Assembly (NCBI GenBank): GCA_963842945.1
Contig: CAWJIM010000019.1
Coordinates: 96,001 to 160,000 of the forward strand
DNA from: an uncultured Gemmatimonadales bacterium
Lineage (GTDB): Bacteria > Gemmatimonadota > Gemmatimonadetes > Gemmatimonadales > GWC2-71-9
Direction: 5' to 3'
DNA length: 64,000 nucleotides
Under the pieces are notes generated by a model. The model worked only from the letters and a program-made list of their open reading frames with translations. It made no database searches and was not told the origin of the DNA. The translations under genes were made by a program, and so were the position numbers. Position 1 is the first letter of the stretch. Every line of letters begins with the position of its first letter. Positions 42,372-51,819 of this stretch are shown one piece after another.

Positions 42372-42584
42372 GGATACGTCCTCCAAAGGCGTGGACCTGC
42401 CAGTACCGCCATGACTTCCTGAGAAGGCGCGCACACGCCTTCCCGCTGGCCCGAGGGCCTACTCCGGAAATGAGACTGCGTGGGATGACTACCTGCATGT
42501 GTGATGGGGACGGCGTAATACCAAAAGGGACTGCGTGAAACTCGAAAAGCGCGAGCGCGACCGCGGCCCGGTCGGCAGGTGCCT

Positions 42585-42613
42585 AATATGACGTGCACAA
42601 AATTGCATGTCAA
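42585..42613 (-). promoter_or_regulatory. Sigma70-type promoter for the TonB-receptor operon, overlapped by an inverted repeat
   Basis: Minus strand TTGACA (42613-42608), 17-nt spacer, CATATT (42590-42585); palindrome TGACgTGCA-N6-TGCAtGTCA at 42589-42612. Confidence 0.65.
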
Positions 42614-42782
42614 GGAAAAGTCACGGGGCCATGGCCGGCGGCGGCCCGAAGACGTAACTGTCTGAAACCCACAAAGTTGCCCGATGAAACACGGCCGGCT
42701 TCAGGCTCCATTTGTTCGGAATGGAACCGGAATCGGCCGGCGTGAAATTTTGGCGGGAGAGTTGGACGGCCGCCCGCGGTCG

Positions 42783-43983
42783 TCATTCGGGAGTGTAGCG
42801 GAGTGACGTTACCGAGTGCTCAGCCGGAACTATCACCTCCACCTGCGGTTCCCGCGGCGTCACTTCTGGCCCCGAGGGACCCATGAACACATTCACCTCG
42901 CTCCGTATGCCGAACTCACCCTGGAGATAGATCCCCGGCTCCACCGAGAACCCGACCCCGGGCAGCAGCATCCGGTCGTCGTGGGTCTCGTAGTCATCCA
43001 GGTGGGGGCCGGAGCCGTGCAGGTCCCGGTCGATCGAGTGGCCGGTCCGGTGGACAAATGCATCGCCATAGCCGGCCGCTCATTACCACGGCGCGAGCCG
43101 CCTGGTCCGCCTCGTACCCGGCGATGCTCCGGTGCTCCGCCGCGGCCTCGCCGAATGACGTCGATCGCCGCGTCACGCGCGCGCCGCACCGTCCGCCACA
43201 CCTCAGCGACCTTGGCCGGCAGCCGGCTCCCGGCAAACCCGATCCAGGTCTGGTCGGCAAAGACGGTGTCGAGGCTGCGGCCGGCCCAGAGATCCAGCAG
43301 AACCAGGTCGCCCGGCCGAAGCACCGCGTCCTTGCCCGGGTGCGGCTCGTAGTGCGGCTTGGCCGAGTTGGGTCCGAACCCGACAATCGGCGGCTCATTC
43401 AACACCAGCCCGCGGCGCTTCCAGCGCGGCGATCACCCGGGCCTGCAAGGCCGTTTCGGTGAGCGCACCGGTCTCCCGGATGGCCTGCTGCAAACGTGCT
43501 CCGGGCCACGTCGGCCAGAATCTCCGCCGCAAAATGATGGTCCGCGAGCTCCTGCGGGCTCCATCGCGCCGCGAAGCGGGAGACCAGGTCGCCCGAAGGA
43601 AGGATCTTTGCCCCCATGCTCTGGAGCAGTTGCACCACCCCATGAGGCACCCGGTCGAGATAGGGCACGGCGTCCCGGGGAGAGATCTCCATGCCGAGGG
43701 TCTTGCCCGCGACCGCGTGACCCAGCGCCTCATTCAGCTCGCTCCAGCGGGCGTACGGCACCACGCGGCCGGGAAAATTCTCCAGACCCTGCAGCTCGAT
43801 CTTGTGGGCGATGACAACGGGCTCACCCTGCCGGGGAAACAGCGCGAACAGCCTGCGGGTGTTCAGTCCGGTGAGCCCCAGCACCCGGGTCGCCACTGGA
43901 TTGAGACCCTTGAAGGCGAACAGGAGCCAACCGTCCAGGTCTGCCTCACGGAGGGCCTGCCGCAGCTCGACGAGGTCGATCAT
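42783..43983 (-). CDS. M24-family Xaa-Pro aminopeptidase; several frameshifts
   Basis: PIV.FGPNSAKPHYEP, LLDLWA, ADQTW, HRTGHSID, HG.G.HLDDYETHD, FSVEPGIY...FGIRSE. Confidence 0.88.
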
Positions 43984-44607
43984 TCGTACGCCTCCGCCAC
44001 CGCCGTCCGCCACACGCAGGCTTCCTCACCCCGGGACCGGCAGTGCTCGTGGATCAGCGCTCCCTCGAATCCGGTGAGCGCCCGGAGCAGCTCCTGATAG
44101 ACCGCCCCATAGAAGACGCAGGCCTCGCCGGTGGGCAGCGCTTCGATGGAAAGCGGCGCCGGCATGCTGACCTCGACATCATTAGGACGAGGTCGCAGCT
44201 CCCCGCCGAAGATGCGACGCGAGAGGCGCGCCGCGCTCCTGAGCGCCAAGCCGCCGGGCCATACCGCCCGGCGACACCCTCGCCAGTGTTCGGGAGGAGC
44301 GCGCCCGGTTGCGCGCGGCATAGCGGGCGGCCCGCCGCCCGGCATCCGCGAATACCAGAGCCGCATCGCTCCGGCGTCCTATCAGACGGAGAACGGAGAT
44401 CGTCTCCTCCAGCTCCACCGACCCGCCCTTGTCGGCCGCATGGCGGTACCGCTGGATTTGCGCGGCGACGGTAGGGCTGAGCCCGAGTCGCCGCACAACG
44501 ATCTCTTCGGCCAGCTCTTCGAGCCCATCCTCGACCGGAGTATCGAGGTTGCGGATCGCCTCGAGCAGGCTGAGGGGGATGAGCGCGGGAACAGAGGGCT
44601 TGGGCAC
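43980..44607 (-). CDS. V4R/BchJ-like domain protein; frameshift near 44255
   Basis: C-terminal ACVFYGAVYQELL...HEHCRSRGEEACVW pattern typical of V4R. Confidence 0.6.
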
Positions 44608-44623
44608 GGTCGGCGGGATAATA

Positions 44624-44715
44624 CAGGAGCCAGGAGCCAGGAGCTAGGAGCTTGGACTTCAGCGCTACTTCCTCCCTGAGTTCCGGCTCCAGACTCCTAG
44701 CTCCTGGCTCCCAGC
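44624..44715. repeat. Gene-less inverted tandem-repeat cassette, 7-mer CAGGAGC
   Basis: 3x CAGGAGC plus TAGGAGC (44624-44651); inverse arm GGCTCCAG ACTCCTAG CTCCTGG CTCCCAG (44685-44715). Confidence 0.8.
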
Positions 44716-44731
44716 TTCCCTACATTCCGCC

Positions 44732-45301
44732 ATGGCCGAGCCTTCTGCCGCAGGGCTTTCTTTCGATCAGGAAGCGCTGCCCCACCTCGATGCGCTGTAC
44801 CGGGTTGCCTTACGGCTGACCGGTGACGCCAGCCAGGCCGAAGACCTGGTGCAGGACACCATGCTCAAGGCCTACCGGTCCTGGCGGCAGTACCGGCCCG
44901 GCACCAACGCCAAGGGTTGGCTGCTCACCATTCTTCGAAACACGTTCATCAATGATTATCGCCGGCGAAAGCATGAGCCGGTGGCAATGGACTTGGAAGC
45001 CGTGGAGCCGCACGCGCTCGACCGCTCGATCGAGGAAGTCGATCCCGAAGGCAACTTCTTTGCGCAGATCGTGGACGCGAAGGTTCTGGAAGCGATCGAC
45101 GCGTTGCCGCACGAGTTTCGGGAGGTGCTGGTCCTGAGCGATGTGGAAGGCATGCGCTACGCCGAGATCGCCGAGACCCTGCAGATCCCGGTCGGCACGG
45201 TGAAGTCTCGACTGTTCCGGGCCCGCCAACAGCTTCAGGCCCAGCTCTATACCCACGCCGTCGAAATGGGATATATCCAGCCACGGGAGAGCCCGACATG
45301 A
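44732..45301 (+). CDS. ECF RNA polymerase sigma factor (SigH/SigR-like)
   Basis: LYRVALRLTG...AEDLVQDT, GTNAKGWL..ILRN, YAEIAETLQIPVGTVKSRLFRAR. Confidence 0.92.
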   Translation: MAEPSAAGLSFDQEALPHLDALYRVALRLTGDASQAEDLVQDTMLKAYRSWRQYRPGTNAKGWLLTILRNTFINDYRRRKHEPVAMDLEAVEPHALDRSIEEVDPEGNFFAQIVDAKVLEAIDALPHEFREVLVLSDVEGMRYAEIAETLQIPVGTVKSRLFRARQQLQAQLYTHAVEMGYIQPRESPT

Positions 45302-45543
45302 GCGGGGTTGACTGCGCCCAGGCGCTGACCAATCTGGGCGACTACCTCAAGCAGGAGCTTACGCCGGAGCTGATGGTTGAAGTTCGGCATCATCTGGAGC
45401 GGTGCCGCGATTGCTTCAAGCACGCCCAGTTTCAGGAGAGCTTCCTCAGCATGCTGGAGACGCGCGCCGGCCGGGAGACCTGTCCGGCAAAGCTGCGGGC
45501 CCGCATCCTCAGTCTGCTGCGGTCGGAGATGGAGAACCACTGA
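45298..45543 (+). CDS. Soluble zinc-binding anti-sigma factor (ZAS / zf-HC2)
   Basis: N-terminal Cys, HLERCRDC (HxxxCxxC), TCPAKLRARI; overlaps the sigma stop; no TM segment. Confidence 0.88.
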   Translation: MSGVDCAQALTNLGDYLKQELTPELMVEVRHHLERCRDCFKHAQFQESFLSMLETRAGRETCPAKLRARILSLLRSEMENH

Positions 45544-46325
45544 GCGAGCCGTCACTCCTGCTGGCGATCCTGGTCAGCGCGGGTGTCGTCTGCATTGCCT
45601 GGTTCTCGGCCACCCTCACTTCATCCGGTGCGCTGGCGGCCTGGATGGTGGGCGCCGGGATCCTCTATGGAACGGGTTGGACCGGCGCCGCAGTGCTGGC
45701 CGCCTTTTTTGTTTCCAGCAACCTGGTGTCCCGGGTAGCCCCCGGCCCACTACCGCCGATGCTCGACGCCAAGGGCGACCGGCGAGATGCCTGGCAGGTG
45801 CTGGCCAATGGAGCAGCGGCTGCGCTGCTCGCCCTCTTCGGTTCCTCCGATCCGGCCCTCAGAACCTGGCTGGTGACTGCAACGCTGTCTGCCGCAGCGG
45901 CGGACACCTGGGCCTCCGCCGTGGGTGCCCGAAGCCGCTCAGCTCCAAGGCTCTTGTGGTCCCGTAACCCGGTTCCGCCCGGCACCAGTGGCGGGATCAC
46001 CGCCGCCGGGAATGTGGGCGCTCTTGCCGGTGCGGCGGTGGTCTCGGCGACCGCCGCGCTGCTCACGGGAAGCGCGCGGCTCCTCCCCGCGGGAATACTG
46101 ATAGGTTTCCTCGGTATGCTAGTTGATTCGCTGCTCGGCGGTGTGATACAAGGGACGTTTTGGTGCCCTCAGTGCCGGCAGCCGAGTGAGTGGCGCGTAC
46201 ATCGCTGCGGAACCAGGACGGAACGGAAATCCGGATGGGTGTGGCTGAACAACGACGGCGTGAACCTGCTCGCGACGGCTATCAGCGGCGCTTTGGCTTG
46301 GGCCGTATGGCGCTGGCTTGACTGA
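45540..46325 (+). CDS. DUF92 (TMEM19/VTE6-like) membrane protein; start approximate
   Basis: FFVSS, RDAWQVLANG, AAADTWAS, VPPGTSGGIT..G, DSLLG, NNDGVN. Confidence 0.85.
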   Translation: MSEPSLLLAILVSAGVVCIAWFSATLTSSGALAAWMVGAGILYGTGWTGAAVLAAFFVSSNLVSRVAPGPLPPMLDAKGDRRDAWQVLANGAAAALLALFGSSDPALRTWLVTATLSAAAADTWASAVGARSRSAPRLLWSRNPVPPGTSGGITAAGNVGALAGAAVVSATAALLTGSARLLPAGILIGFLGMLVDSLLGGVIQGTFWCPQCRQPSEWRVHRCGTRTERKSGWVWLNNDGVNLLATAISGALAWAVWRWLD

Positions 46326-47541
46326 CCTTCCCCGCCAGGTCGACGTGCTGGTGGTCGGCGCCGGGCCGGCCGGCAGCGCTTCTGCCGCTCTGCTGGCTGA
46401 GGCGGGCTTTTCCGTTCTCGCGGTAGACCGGGCCCAGTTCCCCCGCGACAAGCCCTGCGCCGAGTACATGAGTCCGGAGGCAGTGAGAATTCTGACCCGG
46501 TTCGGCGTCGTCGATACGCTCGAACGGGCCGGGGCGGCTGCGCTCGAGGGGATGAAAATCACCGGTATTCACGGTGCCACGGCGCATGGGATCTTTGCTC
46601 TGGCCGGTCATCGGCCGTACCGCCCGACAGGACTCTCGGTCTCTCGCCGAATCCTCGATCATGCGCTGCTCAACGTCGCCCGGAAAGCCGGCGCGTCCTT
46701 CGCGGAACGCACTGCGGTGGAGGAGCTGCTGTACGAACGGGGAGCGGTTACCGGAGCCGTGCTGCGCGATGGCCAGGGACGTCGCCGATCGGTCCGGGCC
46801 CGGCTGACCGTGGGTGCCGACGGTCTCAGGTCAGTGGTGGCCCGTCGCATGGGACGGCGCACTCACCAGCGGCCTCGCCGGGTCGCATTCGTGGCGCATG
46901 TGGCCGGTGTCCGGAACCCGGGCAAGTCAGCCGAGCTCCACTTCGGCCGCAACGGCTACATGGGGCTGAATCGGATCGGCAACGACCTGGTCAATGTCGC
47001 CCTGGTAGTACCGGCGGAACGAGCAAAGGAGGCCAGGGGCAAAGCCCAGGATTTTTTCCTGCAAACCCTGGGAGAATTTCCCGATGCAGGCGGCCGTGTC
47101 CTGGCGGGAGAAATTGTCCGACCCGTCCTTGTGACCGGCCCCTTCGCGGCATGGTCGGGCCGGGTAGCGGTTCCCGGGGGCCTGCTGGTGGGTGACGCCG
47201 CCGACTTCTTCGATCCGGTCACAGGTGACGGAATCCTGAGCGCCTTGCGTGGCGCAGAGCTGGTGGCCGAGACGATGATCCCTGCTTTGTGCCAGCCAGG
47301 CTCGGTAGCCGGTGAGCCGCTTCGTCATTATCAGCGGCGGCGGCGGCAGGTGTTCGCCGGGAAGTGGATCATGGAACGGGCAACCCGCTATCTGATGTCC
47401 TCGCCCTGGTTCTTCAACCGCAGCGTCTCCCGGCTGGGCCGGTACCAGGACATGGCTCATTCTGCCATCGGCGTGGCGGGTGGGTTTGTGCCGCTCCGGG
47501 AAATCCTGAATCCGCTCTTCCTTGCCCGGATGGTCCTTTGA
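46318..47541 (+). CDS. FAD-dependent oxidoreductase (geranylgeranyl reductase / monooxygenase-like)
   Basis: VVGAGPAG, FPRDKPCAE, VGADGLRS, VGDAADFFDPVTGDG. Confidence 0.85.
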   Translation: MTDLPRQVDVLVVGAGPAGSASAALLAEAGFSVLAVDRAQFPRDKPCAEYMSPEAVRILTRFGVVDTLERAGAAALEGMKITGIHGATAHGIFALAGHRPYRPTGLSVSRRILDHALLNVARKAGASFAERTAVEELLYERGAVTGAVLRDGQGRRRSVRARLTVGADGLRSVVARRMGRRTHQRPRRVAFVAHVAGVRNPGKSAELHFGRNGYMGLNRIGNDLVNVALVVPAERAKEARGKAQDFFLQTLGEFPDAGGRVLAGEIVRPVLVTGPFAAWSGRVAVPGGLLVGDAADFFDPVTGDGILSALRGAELVAETMIPALCQPGSVAGEPLRHYQRRRRQVFAGKWIMERATRYLMSSPWFFNRSVSRLGRYQDMAHSAIGVAGGFVPLREILNPLFLARMVL

Positions 47542-48020
47542 GCGCCGCTGAGGTCGACGCGGCACAGTTCCGCCAGCTGTTGGGGCGCTTCGCTACCGGA
47601 GTCGCCATCATAACAGTCACGGCGCCTGATGGGCGGCTCATCGGCATGACCGCCAACAGCCTGTCTTCGGTCTCGCTGTATCCGGCGCTGATCTCGGTCT
47701 GCATCGAGCGTGAGGCCGGGATGCACAACGCGATCCTCGAGGCAGATCAGTTCGTGGTAAATGTGCTCTCCAGTTCCCAGGAAACTCTGGCGCGCCGATT
47801 TGCCGACAAGCACGAGGACCGTTTCGAGGGAGTCGGTTACCACACCAGCCCCGAGGGCCTCATCCTGCTCGGCGGCGCCCTGGCCCACATCGAGTGTCAG
47901 CGATTTGCCCACTATCCCGGCGGGGACCATACCATCGTCGTCGGACGGGTGACCGGCGGAACCACCAGCAAGGGACGGCCCTTGCTCTACTACCGTGGGG
48001 GGTATGCCGCGCTGGAGTAG
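47538..48020 (+). CDS. Flavin reductase-family protein
   Basis: FRQLLGRFATGV, GMTANSLSSVSL.P, GGDHTIVVG, PLLYYRGGY; TTG start overlaps the upstream stop. Confidence 0.9.
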   Translation: MSAAEVDAAQFRQLLGRFATGVAIITVTAPDGRLIGMTANSLSSVSLYPALISVCIEREAGMHNAILEADQFVVNVLSSSQETLARRFADKHEDRFEGVGYHTSPEGLILLGGALAHIECQRFAHYPGGDHTIVVGRVTGGTTSKGRPLLYYRGGYAALE

Positions 48021-48022
48021 CA

Positions 48023-48721
48023 GTGGCTGAGCTCACCATCAGTCCCATAGGGACCGAGCTGCTGGACAATCCCGCGGCCGATCCGGTCACGGTGGCGGAG
48101 TCGCTCCGCAACATCGCGCGGGCCAATCGCTGGTTCGGCGGCGCCGCAGCCGTGCGCTTCGGTTTGGAGCGCACGCTCGGTGGCCTGCCTCGGGGAGAAA
48201 CCCTATCCCTCCTGGATCTGGGCACCGGACTGGGTGATCTGCCGCTGATGGCGGTGCGCTGGGGTGCTCGGAGAGGCATTCGAGTCGTCCCCATCGGCCT
48301 CGAGCTCAACCGGGTTGCGGCCAGGATGGCCCAGCAGCGGGAGGTCGCCACCGTGGTTGGCTGTGCGGGCCAGCCGCCGATCCGGGACCAGAGCGTCGAC
48401 GTGGTGCTGGTCAGTCAGGTCGCCCATCACCTGCACGCCGACTCGGTCATTCGCCTGTTTCAGTGCTGCGAGCGCCTGGCCCGGAGAGCGGTGATCGTAT
48501 CTGATCTGCGGCGTCATCCGCTTGCTACCGCCTCCTTCCGGTGCGGCGGCCGGCTCCTGCGCTTCGATCCGGTGACACTTTCCGACGGGGTGACCTCCAT
48601 CCGCCGGGGATTCAGCCGCCGGGAGCTGCTCGATCTCATGAATCAGGCTGGTGTCAGCGGAGAAGTGGCGTACCGGCCGGGGTTTCGAGTGGTGGCAACC
48701 TGGCTTCCAGGCAGCGCTTGA
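48023..48721 (+). CDS. SAM-dependent methyltransferase
   Basis: ELLD...LRNIARANRWFGG, LDLGTGLGD, VAHHL, DL.R, DG.TSIRRGF. Confidence 0.85.
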   Translation: MAELTISPIGTELLDNPAADPVTVAESLRNIARANRWFGGAAAVRFGLERTLGGLPRGETLSLLDLGTGLGDLPLMAVRWGARRGIRVVPIGLELNRVAARMAQQREVATVVGCAGQPPIRDQSVDVVLVSQVAHHLHADSVIRLFQCCERLARRAVIVSDLRRHPLATASFRCGGRLLRFDPVTLSDGVTSIRRGFSRRELLDLMNQAGVSGEVAYRPGFRVVATWLPGSA

Positions 48722-49248
48722 TGCGTACGGTGGATCGCGTGCGGGTCCAGGCACCCGTCGAGTCGGTATTCCGGGCCGCCAGCGAGGTGGAGCGCTGGCC
48801 TCAGATACTGAGCCACTATCGCTGGGTTAAGAAGCTGGAGGGCACTGGCGCCGGGACGCTGGTGGAAATGGCTGCATGGCGTCCTTTCGGTCCACTCAAG
48901 TATCCCACCTGGTGGGTTTCCGAGATGTGGATTGACCATGCCGCGCCGGCCGTCCACTACCGGCACGTCCGGGGGATCACGACCGGGATGGATGTTGTCT
49001 GGCAGATGGTCCCCACCGCAGAGGGGACCGAGGTCACGATCGTCCACCAGTGGAGTGGGCCTCACTGGCCGATGATCGGCGCGACGGCTGCAAACTGGGT
49101 CATCGGACCGGTCTTCGTCCACGGGATTGCCTCCCGGACGCTCGCGGGCATAAAACGGTATTTGGAAGCGGAGCGGCTCGGAAGGGGGAAAGCGGGGGTG
49201 CCGGGCAGTGAAGTTGGAGCAGGAGCAGTGCGACAGGAGCGCAGATGA
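48721..49248 (+). CDS. SRPBCC / polyketide cyclase-dehydrase-family protein
   Basis: V.APVE.VF..ASEVERWPQIL.HY, YRHVRGITTGMDVVW, IASRTL.GIK. Confidence 0.8.
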   Translation: MRTVDRVRVQAPVESVFRAASEVERWPQILSHYRWVKKLEGTGAGTLVEMAAWRPFGPLKYPTWWVSEMWIDHAAPAVHYRHVRGITTGMDVVWQMVPTAEGTEVTIVHQWSGPHWPMIGATAANWVIGPVFVHGIASRTLAGIKRYLEAERLGRGKAGVPGSEVGAGAVRQERR

Positions 49249-50486
49249 AGGAACGCAGAGTTGTGATCACCGGGATTGGCGCCATCACTCCAATCGGTAC
49301 CGGGGTTGAAGGATTGTGGGAGGGGCTCCGGCGGCGGGAATCGGCCGTCCGCTGCATCACCCGGTTCGATCCCTCCATGTTCAAGTCCCGCATCGCCGGG
49401 GAGGTGCCCGACTTTGCGCCCAGCGATCACATCGAGGAGCGCCGGGTCCGCCGGCTCGATCGGTTCTCCCAGTTCAGTGTCGCCGCAACTCGAATGGCCC
49501 TGACCGACGCCGATCTCGACCCCGCTCGGGAAGACATGGACCGGATCGGCGCCACAATGGGCACAGCGCTCGGGGGCGTCGCCCACGGGGAGAGTCAGTA
49601 CCGGAACTTCATGCAGGGAGGTCCCCGGGCGGTTGATCCTGCCCTGGCCCTCACCGTCTTTGCCGGAGCCGCCAGCTGCAACATCGCCATCGAGTTCGGC
49701 TTCACCGGGCCGAACTCGACCAACGGGATGAGCTGTGCCTCGGGCGCCATTGCTATCGGCGAGGCCTTCCGGGCCATCACCCGAGGGGAAGCCGATGTGA
49801 TGGTGGCGGGGGGCGCCGAAGCACCGCTGGCCCCGCTCTGCTTTGGAGCGTTCGCCATCATCCGGGCCATGTCTACCCGCAACGACGATCCCGCGCATGC
49901 CAGCAGACCCTTCGACCAGGGTCGGGATGGCTTCGTGATGGCCGAGGGAGCCGCGGTACTGGTTTTGGAGGAGCGCGGGCGAGCTCTGGCCCGGGGAGCG
50001 CCGGTGTACGCCGAGATCTGCGGGTTCGGTCTGACCAACGATGCCTATCACATGACGGCGCCCCGGCCCGATGGAACGCAAGCGGCTCGCGCAATGCGGA
50101 ATGCGCTGACCGAAGCCGGAGTGGCCCCCCACGAGGTCGGCTACATCAACGCGCACGGCTCCTCGACTCCGCTCAACGATCCGACCGAGACCTCATCCAT
50201 CAAGCAGGTCTTTGGGGCACACGCCTACCGGCCGGCGTTCAGCGGAACCAAGGGCTACTACGGTCACGCGCTGGGAGCGAGTGGCGCTATCGAGGCTGCG
50301 ATCTGTGCCCTGGCCAGTCACCGGGGTTGGGTGCCGCCCACGGTAAATCTCCATTGCCCTGATCCGGTGTGCGACCTTTCCCACGTCGGTCCCGACGGAA
50401 TGCAGCTCCAGCCGGACTACTTGCTCAGCAACTCATTCGGCTTCGGCGGCATCAACGCCAGTCTCCTCTTCCGGCGCGTCGAGTAA
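49245..50486 (+). CDS. FabF-like beta-ketoacyl synthase
   Basis: RRVVITGIG, SCASG (catalytic Cys), SRPFD..RDGFV..EG, YINAHGSST, TKGYYGH.LGASG, SNSFGFGG. Confidence 0.9.
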   Translation: MKERRVVITGIGAITPIGTGVEGLWEGLRRRESAVRCITRFDPSMFKSRIAGEVPDFAPSDHIEERRVRRLDRFSQFSVAATRMALTDADLDPAREDMDRIGATMGTALGGVAHGESQYRNFMQGGPRAVDPALALTVFAGAASCNIAIEFGFTGPNSTNGMSCASGAIAIGEAFRAITRGEADVMVAGGAEAPLAPLCFGAFAIIRAMSTRNDDPAHASRPFDQGRDGFVMAEGAAVLVLEERGRALARGAPVYAEICGFGLTNDAYHMTAPRPDGTQAARAMRNALTEAGVAPHEVGYINAHGSSTPLNDPTETSSIKQVFGAHAYRPAFSGTKGYYGHALGASGAIEAAICALASHRGWVPPTVNLHCPDPVCDLSHVGPDGMQLQPDYLLSNSFGFGGINASLLFRRVE

Positions 50487-50502
50487 GCTCCTAGATTCGC
50501 GC

Positions 50503-51244
50503 ATGCCTTCCCTCACACGCCGGTTGACCGCCGAAGCGCTCGGCACCTTTGGATTGGTGTTCGTGGGCGCCGCGGTCGTGGTCGTCAATGGTGGGTTTCC
50601 CAACAGCGGTATCGGGCTGATCGGGATCGCACTGGCCCACGCGACAGTGCTCTCGGTGATGATCACGGCCACCATGACCATCTCCGGCGGCCACCTGAAT
50701 CCAGCCGTCACCATTGGCCTGCTGCTCAAACGCCGGATCGATCCGGTCTCCGCCTTGGCCTACATCGCGGTGCAGCTGGCCGCCGCCTGTCTGGCGGCGT
50801 TGCTGGTCAAGCTGCTCCTGCCGGTTCACGGCAGTGCGCAATGCCATGCTGGGAGTCCCGGTGATCGCCAGCTCGGTTTCGCTGGGCCAGGCAATCGGGA
50901 TCGAGCTGGTCCTGACGTTCTTCCTGATGTCGGCCGTGTTCGGAACGGCAGTGTCCCCGGATGCTCCCAGGGTGGCGGGGTTCGGTATCGGCCTGGTGCT
51001 GCTGTTCGACATTCTCGTCGGCGGGCCGCTGACCGGCGCGGCGATGAATCCGGCTCGAGCCTTCGGCCCTGCGGTTGTTTCAGGCGAGTGGGTAGGACAG
51101 CTGGTTTACTGGATTGGACCGATTGCAGGGGCGCTCTTGGCGGCAGTGCTCTGGGAGTTCCTGCTACTGCCGAAGGGTCCGAGTCGCCGGAGGAAGACGG
51201 ACGAGGAAACCGTAAGCGGGAACAGCGAGAAGCGTAAGCGGTGA
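50503..51244 (+). CDS. MIP-family channel (aquaporin); frameshift near 50830
   Basis: AEALGTF, ISGGHLNPAVT, AAMNPARAFGP, YWIGPI. Confidence 0.9.
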
Positions 51245-51819
51245 GCGGGAAATTAGCGAGATCATGACCATGGGCGGCATGAACGTTAGCTATAGCGGGC
51301 TTCTGCTACGCCGGATCATTCCTAGCAGCAGCCTCTGACTTCGTTGGTTCCTTCTGAGTAATACCGTCCCCAGTTCCTGGGAGACCGCCTGCACCTCCAG
51401 CGCCAACTCGAGCAATTCTCCTGTTTCCACTGCTGATCCGTAAGCAATAGAGAGATGTTTTCTGAAAGAGGGTGAATCACCGTAAGCGTAGCCCTCGGCA
51501 ATATTGAGCTGTACCGAAAGGCAGGCACGTTGCAGCTGTGAGAACAGCGCCGACGCCCACGGCTTCCAACCAGTATGTGCCAGGTTGATCACACCTAGTA
51601 CTACCGCTCGAGCCTCCTGCCAAGCATGTAAGGACCGATGATCTCGCATTCCGTATCATGCTTTTCGGCCTGCAACGGCACTTACCCAATTCTACCCGAG
51701 AAGTACCCGCTCACGCTGTTTGATTCCCCCGCTCACGCTTTGGTAGTTCCCGCTCACCGCTCACGCTTTTGAGTTCCCGCTCACCGCTCACGCAGTTGGT
51801 CTTCCCGCTTACGCTGTTT
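51211..51819. repeat. Inverted (CCGCTCA/CGC)-type tandem arms enclosing a four-helix-bundle gene
   Basis: Left GCGTAAGCGGTGAGCGGGAA matches 19/20 as reverse complement of right-arm TTCCCGCTCACCGCTCACGC; the right arm 51706-51819 holds about 5 related units. Confidence 0.82.
51290..51649 (-). CDS. Four-helix-bundle protein (23S rRNA IVS protein / Avd-like family)
   Basis: RSLHAWQEA...QLQRACLSVQLNIAEGY...FRKHLSIAYGSAVE; intact 119 aa; more AT-rich than its flanks. Confidence 0.88.
   Translation of the reverse strand: MRDHRSLHAWQEARAVVLGVINLAHTGWKPWASALFSQLQRACLSVQLNIAEGYAYGDSPSFRKHLSIAYGSAVETGELLELALEVQAVSQELGTVLLRRNQRSQRLLLGMIRRSRSPL

Noticed and set aside
42372..42580. Cobalamin or TPP riboswitch in the TonB-receptor leader
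   Set aside because: I could not find a B12 box or the TPP core motifs in the proper arrangement; kept only as an unassigned structured leader.
33682..44400. Dense frameshifts suggesting pseudogenisation or programmed recoding
   Set aside because: The breaks I traced are mostly 1-bp indels; motifs and strong GC3 bias continue across frames, and core genes elsewhere (icd, nadB, nadC, ccmA) show the same pattern. Long-read consensus error is the simplest explanation; read polishing would settle it.
51706..51819. Short repeats with variable spacers resembling a CRISPR array
   Set aside because: Units are about 10-21 nt with spacers under about 12 nt, there is an inverted partner arm, and no cas genes are present.
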